Source of the DNA: a virus
Virus record (IMG/VR): IMGVR_UViG_3300029319_000005
Location: 32,001-96,000 of that record
DNA: 64,000 nt
Direction: 5' to 3' (one strand)
The translations under genes and the position numbers were made by a program. Positions 15,918 through 25,388 of the stretch are shown in pieces; within the stretch, counting starts at the first letter, position 1; each line of letters begins with the position of its first letter. A model generated the notes under the pieces. The model was given only the letters and a program-made list of their open reading frames with translations, was not told where the DNA came from and did no database searches.

Positions 15918-17887
15918 TGTATTTCCGATTCCTTTTTAGACGAAAGCCCTTCTAGAAGCTGCTTTATATCTTCAGTAGTCTCAAATATTTTATTCTCTTC
16001 CTTAATATAAGTAGCTTCTAAACCTTCGGAAAGTCTTGTCATTCCTAACAAGTCACTATGCCCTTTAAAAAGATTAGACTTCGAAGAGCTAGCTAGCCGA
16101 CTCCCTCCAGATGACTTCCATGTGTTAGAGCGACCAGCCATACTCCTTTGGTTTACTTGTCCGCTACCCTTTTGTCCTCTTCTAATATATACTTTACCTT
16201 TAGAAGAGATAGTCTCTTCATCATCTCTTTTTGCTGGTGGCTCATCGGCTGGCGGTTCTGCGAGGAGGGTGCCTGCGTCTGCCTCTTCTGCTGGTGCCTC
16301 TGCCTCACCTTCTATGCCCTCTTCCTCTCCGCCCAGAAGATCGCCCAATTCATCTCCTGCGCCACCGAAGGCTCCACCCAGATCTCCACCAGCGTCTCCT
16401 AGTCCTTCTAGGCCTCCGCCCTGCTCTGCCACTTCTTGTGAAGCTACTTCAAGAGATGCTTCAAACTTCTTATCAAAGAACATCTCTCTCTGCATTCTGG
16501 TTAATTCTTCTTCCGCCAGTCCAAATAGATGTTCTGAAATCCATCTTTTACTAAAGTATCCATCAGTTGCGCCATTTGCGACGTCAAATTTTGTTCTCCA
16601 TTGCTCAAGCTCTTGTAGTTCTGCTATCTTAGAGGGATTATTTAACTGTAGTTCGAAAGATATCAAATCCGACCCTCTATAACCAAGTGTGTACAGATGA
16701 ATAATTCCTAATTTTTCTAATTCAGAAATGACAGATCTTTGTAGCCTTTGAATAGTCCTAGCAAACCGAATATCCTTTTGCGCCAATGTGGTCTTGTCTT
16801 CCCCCGAGCCTTCATCAGAATTAGATAGATAAGAAGCGGGTATCTTTAGAGCAGAAAAAAGCTTATCTCTTAAATATTTTACATCATCAATGTCCCCAGT
16901 GTAGGTTCCACCCGGCAATGTCTCAATTTTAGAAGAGGTATCTCCTCTTACTGGAATAAAGTAGTCTTCTTCTGTGCTGAGCGGGTTATACCTAAGATCC
17001 ACACGCCCACTGCCAGAGTCAACAAGTTGATTTCTCTTCATTTGAGTCATTACTTTTTGCATGTACTGCTCGATATCTTGGGGTGCAATGCTACCAACGT
17101 CAATATAGAACACTCTTCTCTCAGGAGATCTAACAATTCTATAAGCCATCATAGCATCTTCTAACAACATTAGCTGTCGCCAGATTCTTCTCGCAGGATC
17201 CAACACACTAGTTCCGTATGGTGTAAACTTATCATTCCCTAAAATTCTAAAATGACAAATTTGCCAATTTTCAAAAGTCATGCCTCCGGAGTTCCATTGG
17301 TATTGAATATAATTCGGATTCGTCTTATCTTCGCCTTCTAATCTCTCGATCTCGCCAACGGGCAACGCTATAGTATTTTTAATTCCGACCTTCTCATCAA
17401 GATCTAAGTAAAGAAAGAAGTCGCCATATTTGCACATGGTTCTGCACCATCCAAAAAGACTAAACTCTATATTCAACACATCATTGTACAAAGTGCTCAA
17501 GATGCCTTTGATTTCTTCATTATGTGTCTTAATCCTTAACATTGGATGAAAAGTATTAGATGTAGTCATCTCATCGGCGTATATGTCTAATGCCGACGCA
17601 ATTTCTGGTGTGTATTCCATTTGATCAAAGTCTACGTATCTATCAAGCCTACTTTGTGTTGACATGAAGTCAAGCTGTAAGGACTCATAAGGGTTTACGT
17701 TTGATTTCTTAAATTGCTGCCCTGACGCTGAGGTGAACTTATACTTGTCTAGTTGCCTTCTTTTATTTCTTCTCGGAGCTTGTCTTCTCCTATCTACGAC
17801 TGGGCCGGATAAAAGTCGGGTAAGTCTCTTAAACAACTCACTGGCTGTGTTTCTTGGGTTGTTGCTTTTTGTATTCTTTGTAACCAT
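15914..17887 (-). CDS. Portal protein (T4 gp20-like)
   Basis: PEIASALDI, PYGTSVL, LLEDAMMAYRIVRSPERRVFYIDVG, EDYFIP, IETLPGG, DDVKY and AL.IP motifs. Confidence 0.95.
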   Translation of the reverse strand: MVTKNTKSNNPRNTASELFKRLTRLLSGPVVDRRRQAPRRNKRRQLDKYKFTSASGQQFKKSNVNPYESLQLDFMSTQSRLDRYVDFDQMEYTPEIASALDIYADEMTTSNTFHPMLRIKTHNEEIKGILSTLYNDVLNIEFSLFGWCRTMCKYGDFFLYLDLDEKVGIKNTIALPVGEIERLEGEDKTNPNYIQYQWNSGGMTFENWQICHFRILGNDKFTPYGTSVLDPARRIWRQLMLLEDAMMAYRIVRSPERRVFYIDVGSIAPQDIEQYMQKVMTQMKRNQLVDSGSGRVDLRYNPLSTEEDYFIPVRGDTSSKIETLPGGTYTGDIDDVKYLRDKLFSALKIPASYLSNSDEGSGEDKTTLAQKDIRFARTIQRLQRSVISELEKLGIIHLYTLGYRGSDLISFELQLNNPSKIAELQELEQWRTKFDVANGATDGYFSKRWISEHLFGLAEEELTRMQREMFFDKKFEASLEVASQEVAEQGGGLEGLGDAGGDLGGAFGGAGDELGDLLGGEEEGIEGEAEAPAEEADAGTLLAEPPADEPPAKRDDEETISSKGKVYIRRGQKGSGQVNQRSMAGRSNTWKSSGGSRLASSSKSNLFKGHSDLLGMTRLSEGLEATYIKEENKIFETTEDIKQLLEGLSSKKESEIQ

Positions 17888-17890
17888 TTT

Positions 17891-19465
17891 TTATCCTTTC
17901 AAGATCCATCCAAAGTTTTGATACTGCTCTTTTGCTGCTTGATCTTTTATCGGCTTGTGACCGATCATGCCAGGAATTGTTGTATTCATTTTAGTATCTG
18001 CCCTAGACATCGCGCTTAAAAACGCCTTTTGATATTCGCCCTCTCTAACATTTGTAATAAAAACAGAATCTCTTATCCAGCAGCCGATCGCACAAGCCAT
18101 AATCAAATCGTCATTAAATCCCTTCATTGCCTGGGCTCTTCCATTCTGCCACACAAACGTCTTCATTTCATTATACAACCTATTGGAGTTTATTTTAATT
18201 AGTTTATTCCTTATGAATTCCTCAAACTTAGCTATAACAAGCGGCCTTGTTGTTCTAGACATTGTAAAACCACCAATTGTATTCCTGGAAGACTCAGCAA
18301 CAGTCGCGTCAACAAATTCGTGACTAGTCTTTTTTGCATAATAAAGATTGGGATAAGCCATTTCTTGAAGCTTAGTGATAACGGTCCAACCTACGGAGTT
18401 GTTCTCTACTGCCAGCAAGCAATTGCCATATTCTTTACCAATATTAAAAAGAACATTAGCAAAGACATCAGGCGTAGGCTTGCCTCGATATTCTGCAACT
18501 ATCTCCATCGTATCAACTTTAAAAATATGAAAAGCAGAATGATCTTTTCCGTCTCCCCTTGCTACGTCTGCCGACAACAGGTACTGCTGGGATTCATCGA
18601 ACTCTTCCCATATCCAGATATTCCTATCAAATCCTGTTCTATATTTTGGCTCACAAACTCTGTCATGTATTAAAGCCATGTCTTGTGCATCAAAAACTGT
18701 TTCTCCCGACATGTTGAAGTTACACATTAGCTCTTGAGCAATCTGCCGTGGGGACATGTTTTTAGTTTCTTCTCGGAACCAATTATCGTTTCTGTCAGGA
18801 TGCACGTCCCAAGGCAAAGTCACAGAATGGAATTTGTTTTTCTTTTCCTCTGCCTCTATAAAGGTCTGATGGAACCAATTTCCAACCCCGTTCGGTGTTG
18901 ACAGAGCTATGCATCGACCACCAGTTGAAAGAGTGGGATATAGGCCAGTCCAAAGCTCTTCCAAGCCCTCGACGTGCGCAGCCTCATCAATGACTAAAAG
19001 AGACAGTGCTTCCGATCGACCAGCATCACTACTTGTAGACGACGCTTTAATTTGCGATCCATTAGATAATTCAAAAGATGTTCTGTTATCTACCGCAATA
19101 TCAGTGATCATTATCCAAGGCGGGAGGTTCTTGATCATATGCTTTACTTTCTTAACTAAGTTAGCTGCCGTGCCAAATTTAGTTGCAATGACAAGAATGT
19201 TCTTATCTTTATGAAACATCATTAGCCATACAATATAGGCCGCTGTAATCGTTGAAATGCCTAACTGCCTAGCCTTTAAGATCACATTGAATCTGTAATC
19301 ATTAAAATCTCTAAGCAAGTCTTCTTGATAGTCAAAAACTTTAAACGGAATAAGACCCTTCATTGGATGAGAGATCTTTGCATAATTATTAATAAAGTAT
19401 ATCGGGTCTTTGCCTGCTTTGACTATTTCAGCAACTACCTGTTTCTTCGTTAACTCGTGTGACAT
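17891..19465 (-). CDS. Terminase large subunit (T4 gp17-like)
   Basis: KARQLGIST (Walker A), LLVIDEAAH (Walker B), STPNG, and nuclease motifs ADVARGDGKD and DDLIMA. Confidence 0.95.
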   Translation of the reverse strand: MSHELTKKQVVAEIVKAGKDPIYFINNYAKISHPMKGLIPFKVFDYQEDLLRDFNDYRFNVILKARQLGISTITAAYIVWLMMFHKDKNILVIATKFGTAANLVKKVKHMIKNLPPWIMITDIAVDNRTSFELSNGSQIKASSTSSDAGRSEALSLLVIDEAAHVEGLEELWTGLYPTLSTGGRCIALSTPNGVGNWFHQTFIEAEEKKNKFHSVTLPWDVHPDRNDNWFREETKNMSPRQIAQELMCNFNMSGETVFDAQDMALIHDRVCEPKYRTGFDRNIWIWEEFDESQQYLLSADVARGDGKDHSAFHIFKVDTMEIVAEYRGKPTPDVFANVLFNIGKEYGNCLLAVENNSVGWTVITKLQEMAYPNLYYAKKTSHEFVDATVAESSRNTIGGFTMSRTTRPLVIAKFEEFIRNKLIKINSNRLYNEMKTFVWQNGRAQAMKGFNDDLIMACAIGCWIRDSVFITNVREGEYQKAFLSAMSRADTKMNTTIPGMIGHKPIKDQAAKEQYQNFGWILKG

Positions 19466-19473
19466 TCTGGCTC

Positions 19474-20004
19474 TTAGTTAGTAACGTTTTTAGCGTTTCT
19501 TGAACCTAGCCCACCTTGATTTAAAAAGTCCTTAAAGCCCTTTTGAACTAGATCCTCACTTGGCTCCAGCTTGTCTTCAACCCCTTCAAGGCCGCCAACT
19601 TTAAACTTTTTAGTGGCGTTCACGAACACTCTTACTTTCGACGTGCTTTGAACAATTGCGTCCACTTCTCCTACTGGGGTTAAAGATAGCGCGTTTCCGG
19701 TAACCTTCTTATACTCTTTCTTAAGCCAGCTAGCGATGTCAGCAACAGTCTGCTCTAGTTCGTCCTCGAACTTGGTGTTGTGAACATCCTTAAGCTTTAT
19801 TTCCGCTTGATAATTAACCATCAAGTGATTGCCACTCATCTTAACCTTAAACCCGTCCATGTCTCTGGAGCTTAGAACTGGGTGTCCTTCTTCTCTGTTT
19901 AGTCCAACCGAGATAGGATCTCCATTTGAATCGAAGGCCCCGTCATAAGCGTTAGCTGCTGCTTGGGCAATTCCTCTAACTATCTCTAATGATTTCTGTG
20001 ACAT
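19474..20004 (-). CDS. Hypothetical protein (176 aa) upstream of terminase
   Basis: ORF track; GGAG SD. Confidence 0.7.
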   Translation of the reverse strand: MSQKSLEIVRGIAQAAANAYDGAFDSNGDPISVGLNREEGHPVLSSRDMDGFKVKMSGNHLMVNYQAEIKLKDVHNTKFEDELEQTVADIASWLKKEYKKVTGNALSLTPVGEVDAIVQSTSKVRVFVNATKKFKVGGLEGVEDKLEPSEDLVQKGFKDFLNQGGLGSRNAKNVTN

Positions 20005-20007
20005 CTG

Positions 20008-20397
20008 CTATTCTCCTTGGATTTTTTCGGGTCGCCAGCCTGTTTCCCATCTCTCTTCTCTTCCCTCTATATATTGAATAAAACAATCATAGCAAGAATC
20101 ATACTTAGCCATGTAAACATCGTCTTTTACTTTAAATGAGTATTTTTTACAAACCGGACAATTTCTTTGTACGTCTCTAATAAGTAGTTTTTTAGGTACG
20201 AAAAACCCGTCAAGTTCAACCTTATCTTTATTTTCTTGTATTTTATTCTCTTTGTTAGTCGCAACCTTAAGTTGCTGTAAATACTCTTTTTCTTTTTCTT
20301 GACTCCAATCAGACTTTGGATTTTTAATAGCAGTTTCTCCGTATTTTAGTTTTATCGCCTTTTCTAATCTTACGATATAGTCTAGATCGTCGCTCAT
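20008..20397 (-). CDS. Hypothetical zinc-binding protein (CPVC...CYDC)
   Basis: Two CxxC pairs near the C-terminus. Confidence 0.7.
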   Translation of the reverse strand: MSDDLDYIVRLEKAIKLKYGETAIKNPKSDWSQEKEKEYLQQLKVATNKENKIQENKDKVELDGFFVPKKLLIRDVQRNCPVCKKYSFKVKDDVYMAKYDSCYDCFIQYIEGREERWETGWRPEKIQGE

Positions 20398-20870
20398 TTT
20401 TGGACCTCAACAGCAGCATAAAAAATAACAATAGAAGTAATAATACCAACAGCAACTCCTCCTCCAAACCACCAATTTGCATTGTCATTTGGATTTTTTA
20501 AAGCAAGAGCATGTAACCTCTTTATCTCTTGTTCTTTAATGTCAACAAACGAGCTATGCTGCGCCCTAAGTGAGTCAAGCGTAGCTTGAACGTTTGCCAT
20601 TTCCAAAGCATGTTTTGCTTCCATCTTCTCAAGCTCAAATTTAATTTTAAGATTACATTCAATTTTTTTGTGCTCCTCTTCGGCTATTAACCTAGCCGCG
20701 AACGTCTCGTCAAACAATACCCCGCTGTAAGGTGCCGGTTGACCTTCTTTTAAACTAGCGACCCTGCCAGTCTCGTTTGCCATTACGCTGCATGGTGTCA
20801 GCAAAATAAGCAGACTCGCAAACAACGAAATTATTTTTATTTTTAAACTATGGTACATAGGTGGCCCCAA
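20394..20870 (-). CDS. Exported/membrane coiled-coil protein, candidate outer spanin-like component
   Basis: N-terminal hydrophobic signal, central coiled coil and C-terminal hydrophobic segment WWFGGGVAVGIITSIVIFYAA; overlaps the upstream gene; likely start near 20858. Confidence 0.45.
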   Translation of the reverse strand: MGPPMYHSLKIKIISLFASLLILLTPCSVMANETGRVASLKEGQPAPYSGVLFDETFAARLIAEEEHKKIECNLKIKFELEKMEAKHALEMANVQATLDSLRAQHSSFVDIKEQEIKRLHALALKNPNDNANWWFGGGVAVGIITSIVIFYAAVEVQK

Positions 20871-21261
20871 ATTTTTTACTTATTTCTTTGGCAAGACCGT
20901 CTGTGTCATCATGATATTTTTCGACAATCTTTTTTAAAGCTCTTTTTTTAGACTCACTTAGCTTCTTTTCTTCTTCAGCGTATCTACTCTCTATATCATT
21001 CAAGACTTCATGATATTTTTTAAGTGCTTCATCTCTTTTGCTTAGTTCTTCCGCGTGTGCCTTTTTTAAAGCACTCATTTGCTTTTCATAGCTTTCAACA
21101 GTTGTTGACAAAATTTTTACCGCCGCGTCGCTTTTTTTTCTAAATACAAAAAATAACACAACAGTATACAACAAGACAGCAGGGATGTACCAATAATTTT
21201 TCGTCCATATCCATATTTTTTTAATTACTAAAATTGTATTAAGAGGCATTAGTTTTTTCAT
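20848..21261 (-). CDS. Candidate inner-membrane spanin (one TM helix plus coiled coil)
   Basis: TM segment WYIPAVLLYTVVLFFVF followed by a charged coiled coil; follows the holin-like gene; start chosen at MKKLM (AAGGA SD). Confidence 0.5.
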   Translation of the reverse strand: MKKLMPLNTILVIKKIWIWTKNYWYIPAVLLYTVVLFFVFRKKSDAAVKILSTTVESYEKQMSALKKAHAEELSKRDEALKKYHEVLNDIESRYAEEEKKLSESKKRALKKIVEKYHDDTDGLAKEISKKFGATYVP

Positions 21262-21297
21262 ATCCTTGTACAACAAAGCAGTGCTCTACTAAAGCAC

Positions 21298-21495
21298 TCA
21301 CTTGCCATGTCTCCAGGTTGATGCTATGTCAACTAGCGCCTCAGATCCAATATAAACAAGCGCAACAGCAACCCAATCTTCCGATGCAAGATTACCCGTC
21401 AATGCAAGACCAGTAGCGGTTAGCCAGACCAGTAGTTTTCTACTAGTTACTTTAGCTAGCATTCTATCTAGTATTTCTTTAGTTTGTTCACTCAT
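21298..21495 (-). CDS. Holin-like two-TM protein
   Basis: SRKLLVWL...YIGSEALVD pattern typical of small SRK-type holins; GAGGAGG SD. Confidence 0.6.
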   Translation of the reverse strand: MSEQTKEILDRMLAKVTSRKLLVWLTATGLALTGNLASEDWVAVALVYIGSEALVDIASTWRHGK

Positions 21496-21515
21496 AATCA
21501 AACCCTCCTCTTTAA

Positions 21516-22166
21516 TTAGTTGACACTTCCGCTTGGTATCTCTTTTCCAGTTTTCAAAATTTTCAAGTTTTTATCAAGAATCGCCCAACCAATCGCCTCC
21601 CTGGCCTTAGCTCGATAAAGAATATCTAATGACATCTCACGAAGATCAGAAAAGGGATCAGACGTTCCCCAATTGCCGATATGAAATATTCTTCCGTCCG
21701 ACATTCTACAAAGACACATAGCGTGGCCAATAATCTTTCCATCTCCAGTTAGCCATGAAAAAAGAAAAATTCTGGGGTGGTAATTTTTATCTATGGCATT
21801 TGCGGCCCACACTGAAAACTCATCGCAATCAAGAGGCAAATCAAGTTGTCCACTTTTTACCTTTATTCTAGGTCCAAACTTGTAAATATTTTCTCTACTT
21901 TCATTTATGATGTGTTGTACATAATTAGGGGTGCCACAAACATCGAATAATTCTCTCCACCTGTCCGGCTTCCACTCTAGCATATCTAAAGCGTCTTGCA
22001 CTTTAGTTAGCGTTTGGTTTTCTTCTACCACTACATTACTGTACTTTGAGTGCCACAAGATGCGATACAGCTTGCTCCAAGTTACCCAATAGTAAATGGC
22101 GGGCTTATAAAATAATTTCGCTATTCTTTTTTTTATTTGCTGCCACGCAGCGATAAACAATTTCAT
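21516..22166 (-). CDS. Transglutaminase/papain-like cysteine hydrolase
   Basis: DCDEFSVW (Cys), GHAMCL (His) and HIGNWG (third residue candidate) occur in the order of a transglutaminase-like triad. Confidence 0.5.
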   Translation of the reverse strand: MKLFIAAWQQIKKRIAKLFYKPAIYYWVTWSKLYRILWHSKYSNVVVEENQTLTKVQDALDMLEWKPDRWRELFDVCGTPNYVQHIINESRENIYKFGPRIKVKSGQLDLPLDCDEFSVWAANAIDKNYHPRIFLFSWLTGDGKIIGHAMCLCRMSDGRIFHIGNWGTSDPFSDLREMSLDILYRAKAREAIGWAILDKNLKILKTGKEIPSGSVN

Positions 22167-22175
22167 TAGTAACTC

Positions 22176-25100
22176 CTAAAAACTTGTGTGGGCATAACCA
22201 TCGTGATCTTTTTCAATAATTATTTGTTTATCAACAACATCTTTCAAAGTGTCAAGATGGGAGATTAATAAGACTGTCTTGAATTCAGATTTTATCATTT
22301 CTAGTAATCTAACAAACCCTTCCATGTGTTCTTCGTCTAGCGCAGTTGCTGGCTCATCCAGAATAAATACATCGCCAACAGGTAAAGTGCTAATTTTTAT
22401 CAAGGCTAGTCTTATTGCCATAGAGGCAATTGTCTTCTCTGCCCCCGAACCCATTTCAATGGGCCGAGGTTCAAATTTTGGATGCTTAATCATAATGTCT
22501 AGTTTTCTTCCGTCCTCTTCAAAGAACACTTCAAAATTAACTATATTTGCTAAAATCTTCGAAACTTCTTCGTTAATAATAGGCAGTCTCTTTTTAATAA
22601 TATCATAAGAGATTCCGTTGCTATGCATGCACTTTAAATACAGTTCATAAGAAGTATATTCTTTTTGTAGTGCATCAAGCTCTTCTTGTCTGTCCTCTAA
22701 GTTTTTTACTTTTTGTTCTAAGGAGCCATGGTTTTTAAACAGAAGAAGCAACTCCTCTTGCGCTGCGGCGAGATCTTCTTCGTTTAGGCTGATATCTTCC
22801 TGGACCTTGTCTTTTGTTTGGACAATCGTTTCAAGTTGTTTTATTGATTCCTCATTGTCTTCATATTTCTTTTTCTTTTCTTGTAAATCGTTATGAGACC
22901 TCATCGCGTCTAAAAGAGATGATTTGTTTTTTTCTAGCAAAATTTTACTTTCTCCAGAGCGCTCAGTAACTTCTTTCCTCTTCTTGATCAAATCATTGTA
23001 CTTTTTTAAATATGTTTTAACCGCGTCAGGCTCCAAGCTATCCACTTCTTCACTTATAACAGTTTTAGAAATGGTTAGATCTTTAGCTTGGACTCGGATT
23101 GCTCCAAGGCTTTCCTTTGCCTGGTAAGCGTCTTTGATAAATTTGCAATGAGAAAATTCAGATCCACAGGGAACCTCTGACAAAAGCTTTACTTTGTTTG
23201 CTTCTGTCGTCTCCTTTTGCTCTAGCAACTCTATTTCTTTTTCAAGAGAGGACAGTTCTCTAAGTTTGACATCTATTTCTTGCAGCTTCTCTTCGTATGA
23301 ATCAATGTCAATCTTTTGTAAATGTTCCTCTATCTTAACAAGAACCTGTTCGTCGTTCTGTACCGACTCCTCTAAGTCATAGTTTGATTTTTTTATAGAA
23401 CTTATCTTAGATTCCACCAATTGCAAGTCTCTAGTTATATCTTTTATGCTGAGCAGTTCTTGTTGCGAAGAGTCCAGCTTACCACTTATCTCTTCCATAG
23501 TTTCCTTAAGAGATTTAGCGCGATCTTTTAAATTTTCTACTTGCTGCTTTTTTCTATCTAATTCTATTTCACTGTAAGTTAAATGACTTTTTGCTTCGGC
23601 CAGTTCTCCAATGAAATCATGATCTTTTAATTTGTTTAATGCTCCCTTGATATCAGCAGAGTCTTCTTTGGCTAGCTTAAACTTTTTATCAAATATATCC
23701 AAGTCCAGAAACTTAGCCAGGATCTCTTTTCTTTTTGTAGACCCCTCACCAATAAAAGATAGTGACCCCAACTGCGATGCCAGCGAAGTAAGTAAAAACT
23801 CATCTATATCCCCGAATGCTCGGCGGATATTTTTATCGGTCTCGTTTCTATCGATACCATTCATCTCGATTACTTCACGAGTCGTCTTGTTCTTTTTACT
23901 AAAAGATACATCGGTCTTTGCTTCGACTGTTTCTTTACCTCGAAGCTTTTTCCTATACTTCTCCGATTCTCTTACAATAGTATAGGTATCTTTTCCGATA
24001 TCTATTTCTACTTTGCCATAACAAGAATCCTCATTTTGATTTATAACATTAAGATTTTTTCTGTTGTTTTTTGACGTAGTGTTAAAGACCGTGTAAAGAA
24101 GGCCGTCAACGATACTAGACTTGCCGGAATAGTTTTTACCGAATATTCCCACAAGTCCTCTAAGTCTTGTAAAGTTTATCTCGTTTTTGGCTCCGTAATT
24201 AAAAAGGTTGTCCCACTTAAACTTTTTTAATTTCCACTTAACATTTCTAACCACCTCTTCTGTCTGCTCTGCTGCGACATTATATCTTTTATTTAAACTA
24301 AAGACCTCCTTCAAAGTCTCTGGTTCTGTTTGATAGTCTTTTAAGAACTCTTCAATGATTTCTTCTTGTACTGATATATCTCTCAGATCCTCGTGAATAA
24401 TATGATCTGTTATTTCTTCAGCAGAGGGTTCAACATCACCCTTATTTACAAAAGTGACAGACTCAGGTTTAAACCTAGTTTTGCAAACATCAATAGCGCG
24501 GCGCATCTTTTCTAATGTCAAGCTATAGCTAGCTATTAGTCTAATCCTAGCATCCGGCGGAATTTGTAAATCGTTTGAAATTTTGCCCTTGCTATCTAGT
24601 TCAATTGTAACAAATGGCTTAGGGTTTTTGAATGCGTAATGCTTAACTTTGAAGTTTTCTTTACTATCAATATCCCAAATCAAAAAGCCCTTATCGTCAG
24701 ACTCTGCAAAGTTTTGCTGAACCGTGCTGCCGCAATATCTTACTCTGCCTTCTGTGTCTAAGATTTGATTGGTCCGATGGATGTCTCCAAGAAACGCAAA
24801 GTCAAACCCTTCAAAGATATCTATCGGATGGTCTCCATGATCTAACAAAAAGTTAATATCGGTCATCGCCCCTTTGATACAGCCATGATAGAGAGCTATA
24901 TTCACTCTATCTAAGTCACTAGGCTCTACCCAATTGTCCTCATCGAAAATAGAAAGGGCGTTCAAAGCGAACTGTTCGTTAAGAACTACCTCTTGCGCCT
25001 CCCTCAGCAAGTGTAAGTTTGCATGATCTAGGGACTCAACAATAGGACTAATAGAATCTAGTCTACTACTATTTTTAAGATTGCCATCGTGATTGCCTAA

Positions 25101-25328
25101 TATAATATATGTTGGGGCAATGTCTGCTAGATTCTTGAAGAAGTCCGAGCACATCTGTACAAACTCAGGAGATATTTGTGTCTTTGTGTGTGCGATATCT
25201 CCACAATGCACAATTGCGTCAGGCTTTAGCCTTCTAAGCTTTTTGTACATTTGTTCAAATACCACACGATATTCTTTGTGGTATTTCAAATTTCTAATAT
25301 GGGTATCTCCAAAATGAGCAAACCTCAT
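22176..25328 (-). CDS. Single-chain Mre11/SbcD nuclease - Rad50/SbcC ATPase fusion (gp47-gp46-like)
   Basis: N-terminal metallophosphoesterase motifs (GDTH, GDIAH, GNHD, YHG, LGDIH), then Walker A GKNYSGKS, a long coiled coil, signature GSGAE, Walker B FILDEP and H-loop ISH. Confidence 0.92.
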   Translation of the reverse strand: MRFAHFGDTHIRNLKYHKEYRVVFEQMYKKLRRLKPDAIVHCGDIAHTKTQISPEFVQMCSDFFKNLADIAPTYIILGNHDGNLKNSSRLDSISPIVESLDHANLHLLREAQEVVLNEQFALNALSIFDEDNWVEPSDLDRVNIALYHGCIKGAMTDINFLLDHGDHPIDIFEGFDFAFLGDIHRTNQILDTEGRVRYCGSTVQQNFAESDDKGFLIWDIDSKENFKVKHYAFKNPKPFVTIELDSKGKISNDLQIPPDARIRLIASYSLTLEKMRRAIDVCKTRFKPESVTFVNKGDVEPSAEEITDHIIHEDLRDISVQEEIIEEFLKDYQTEPETLKEVFSLNKRYNVAAEQTEEVVRNVKWKLKKFKWDNLFNYGAKNEINFTRLRGLVGIFGKNYSGKSSIVDGLLYTVFNTTSKNNRKNLNVINQNEDSCYGKVEIDIGKDTYTIVRESEKYRKKLRGKETVEAKTDVSFSKKNKTTREVIEMNGIDRNETDKNIRRAFGDIDEFLLTSLASQLGSLSFIGEGSTKRKEILAKFLDLDIFDKKFKLAKEDSADIKGALNKLKDHDFIGELAEAKSHLTYSEIELDRKKQQVENLKDRAKSLKETMEEISGKLDSSQQELLSIKDITRDLQLVESKISSIKKSNYDLEESVQNDEQVLVKIEEHLQKIDIDSYEEKLQEIDVKLRELSSLEKEIELLEQKETTEANKVKLLSEVPCGSEFSHCKFIKDAYQAKESLGAIRVQAKDLTISKTVISEEVDSLEPDAVKTYLKKYNDLIKKRKEVTERSGESKILLEKNKSSLLDAMRSHNDLQEKKKKYEDNEESIKQLETIVQTKDKVQEDISLNEEDLAAAQEELLLLFKNHGSLEQKVKNLEDRQEELDALQKEYTSYELYLKCMHSNGISYDIIKKRLPIINEEVSKILANIVNFEVFFEEDGRKLDIMIKHPKFEPRPIEMGSGAEKTIASMAIRLALIKISTLPVGDVFILDEPATALDEEHMEGFVRLLEMIKSEFKTVLLISHLDTLKDVVDKQIIIEKDHDGYAHTSF

Positions 25329-25354
25329 ACAACCTCCATGATTGTGCTGGGTAG

Positions 25355-25383
25355 ACTATACAGCACCTAAGACGTTATGTCAA
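25355..25383 (-). promoter_or_regulatory. Sigma70-type promoter TTGACA-N17-TATAGT for the Mre11-Rad50 gene
   Basis: -35 at 25378-25383, -10 at 25355-25360, 17-bp spacer, then a GGAGG SD before ATG 25328. Confidence 0.8.
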
Positions 25384-25388
25384 GAAAA

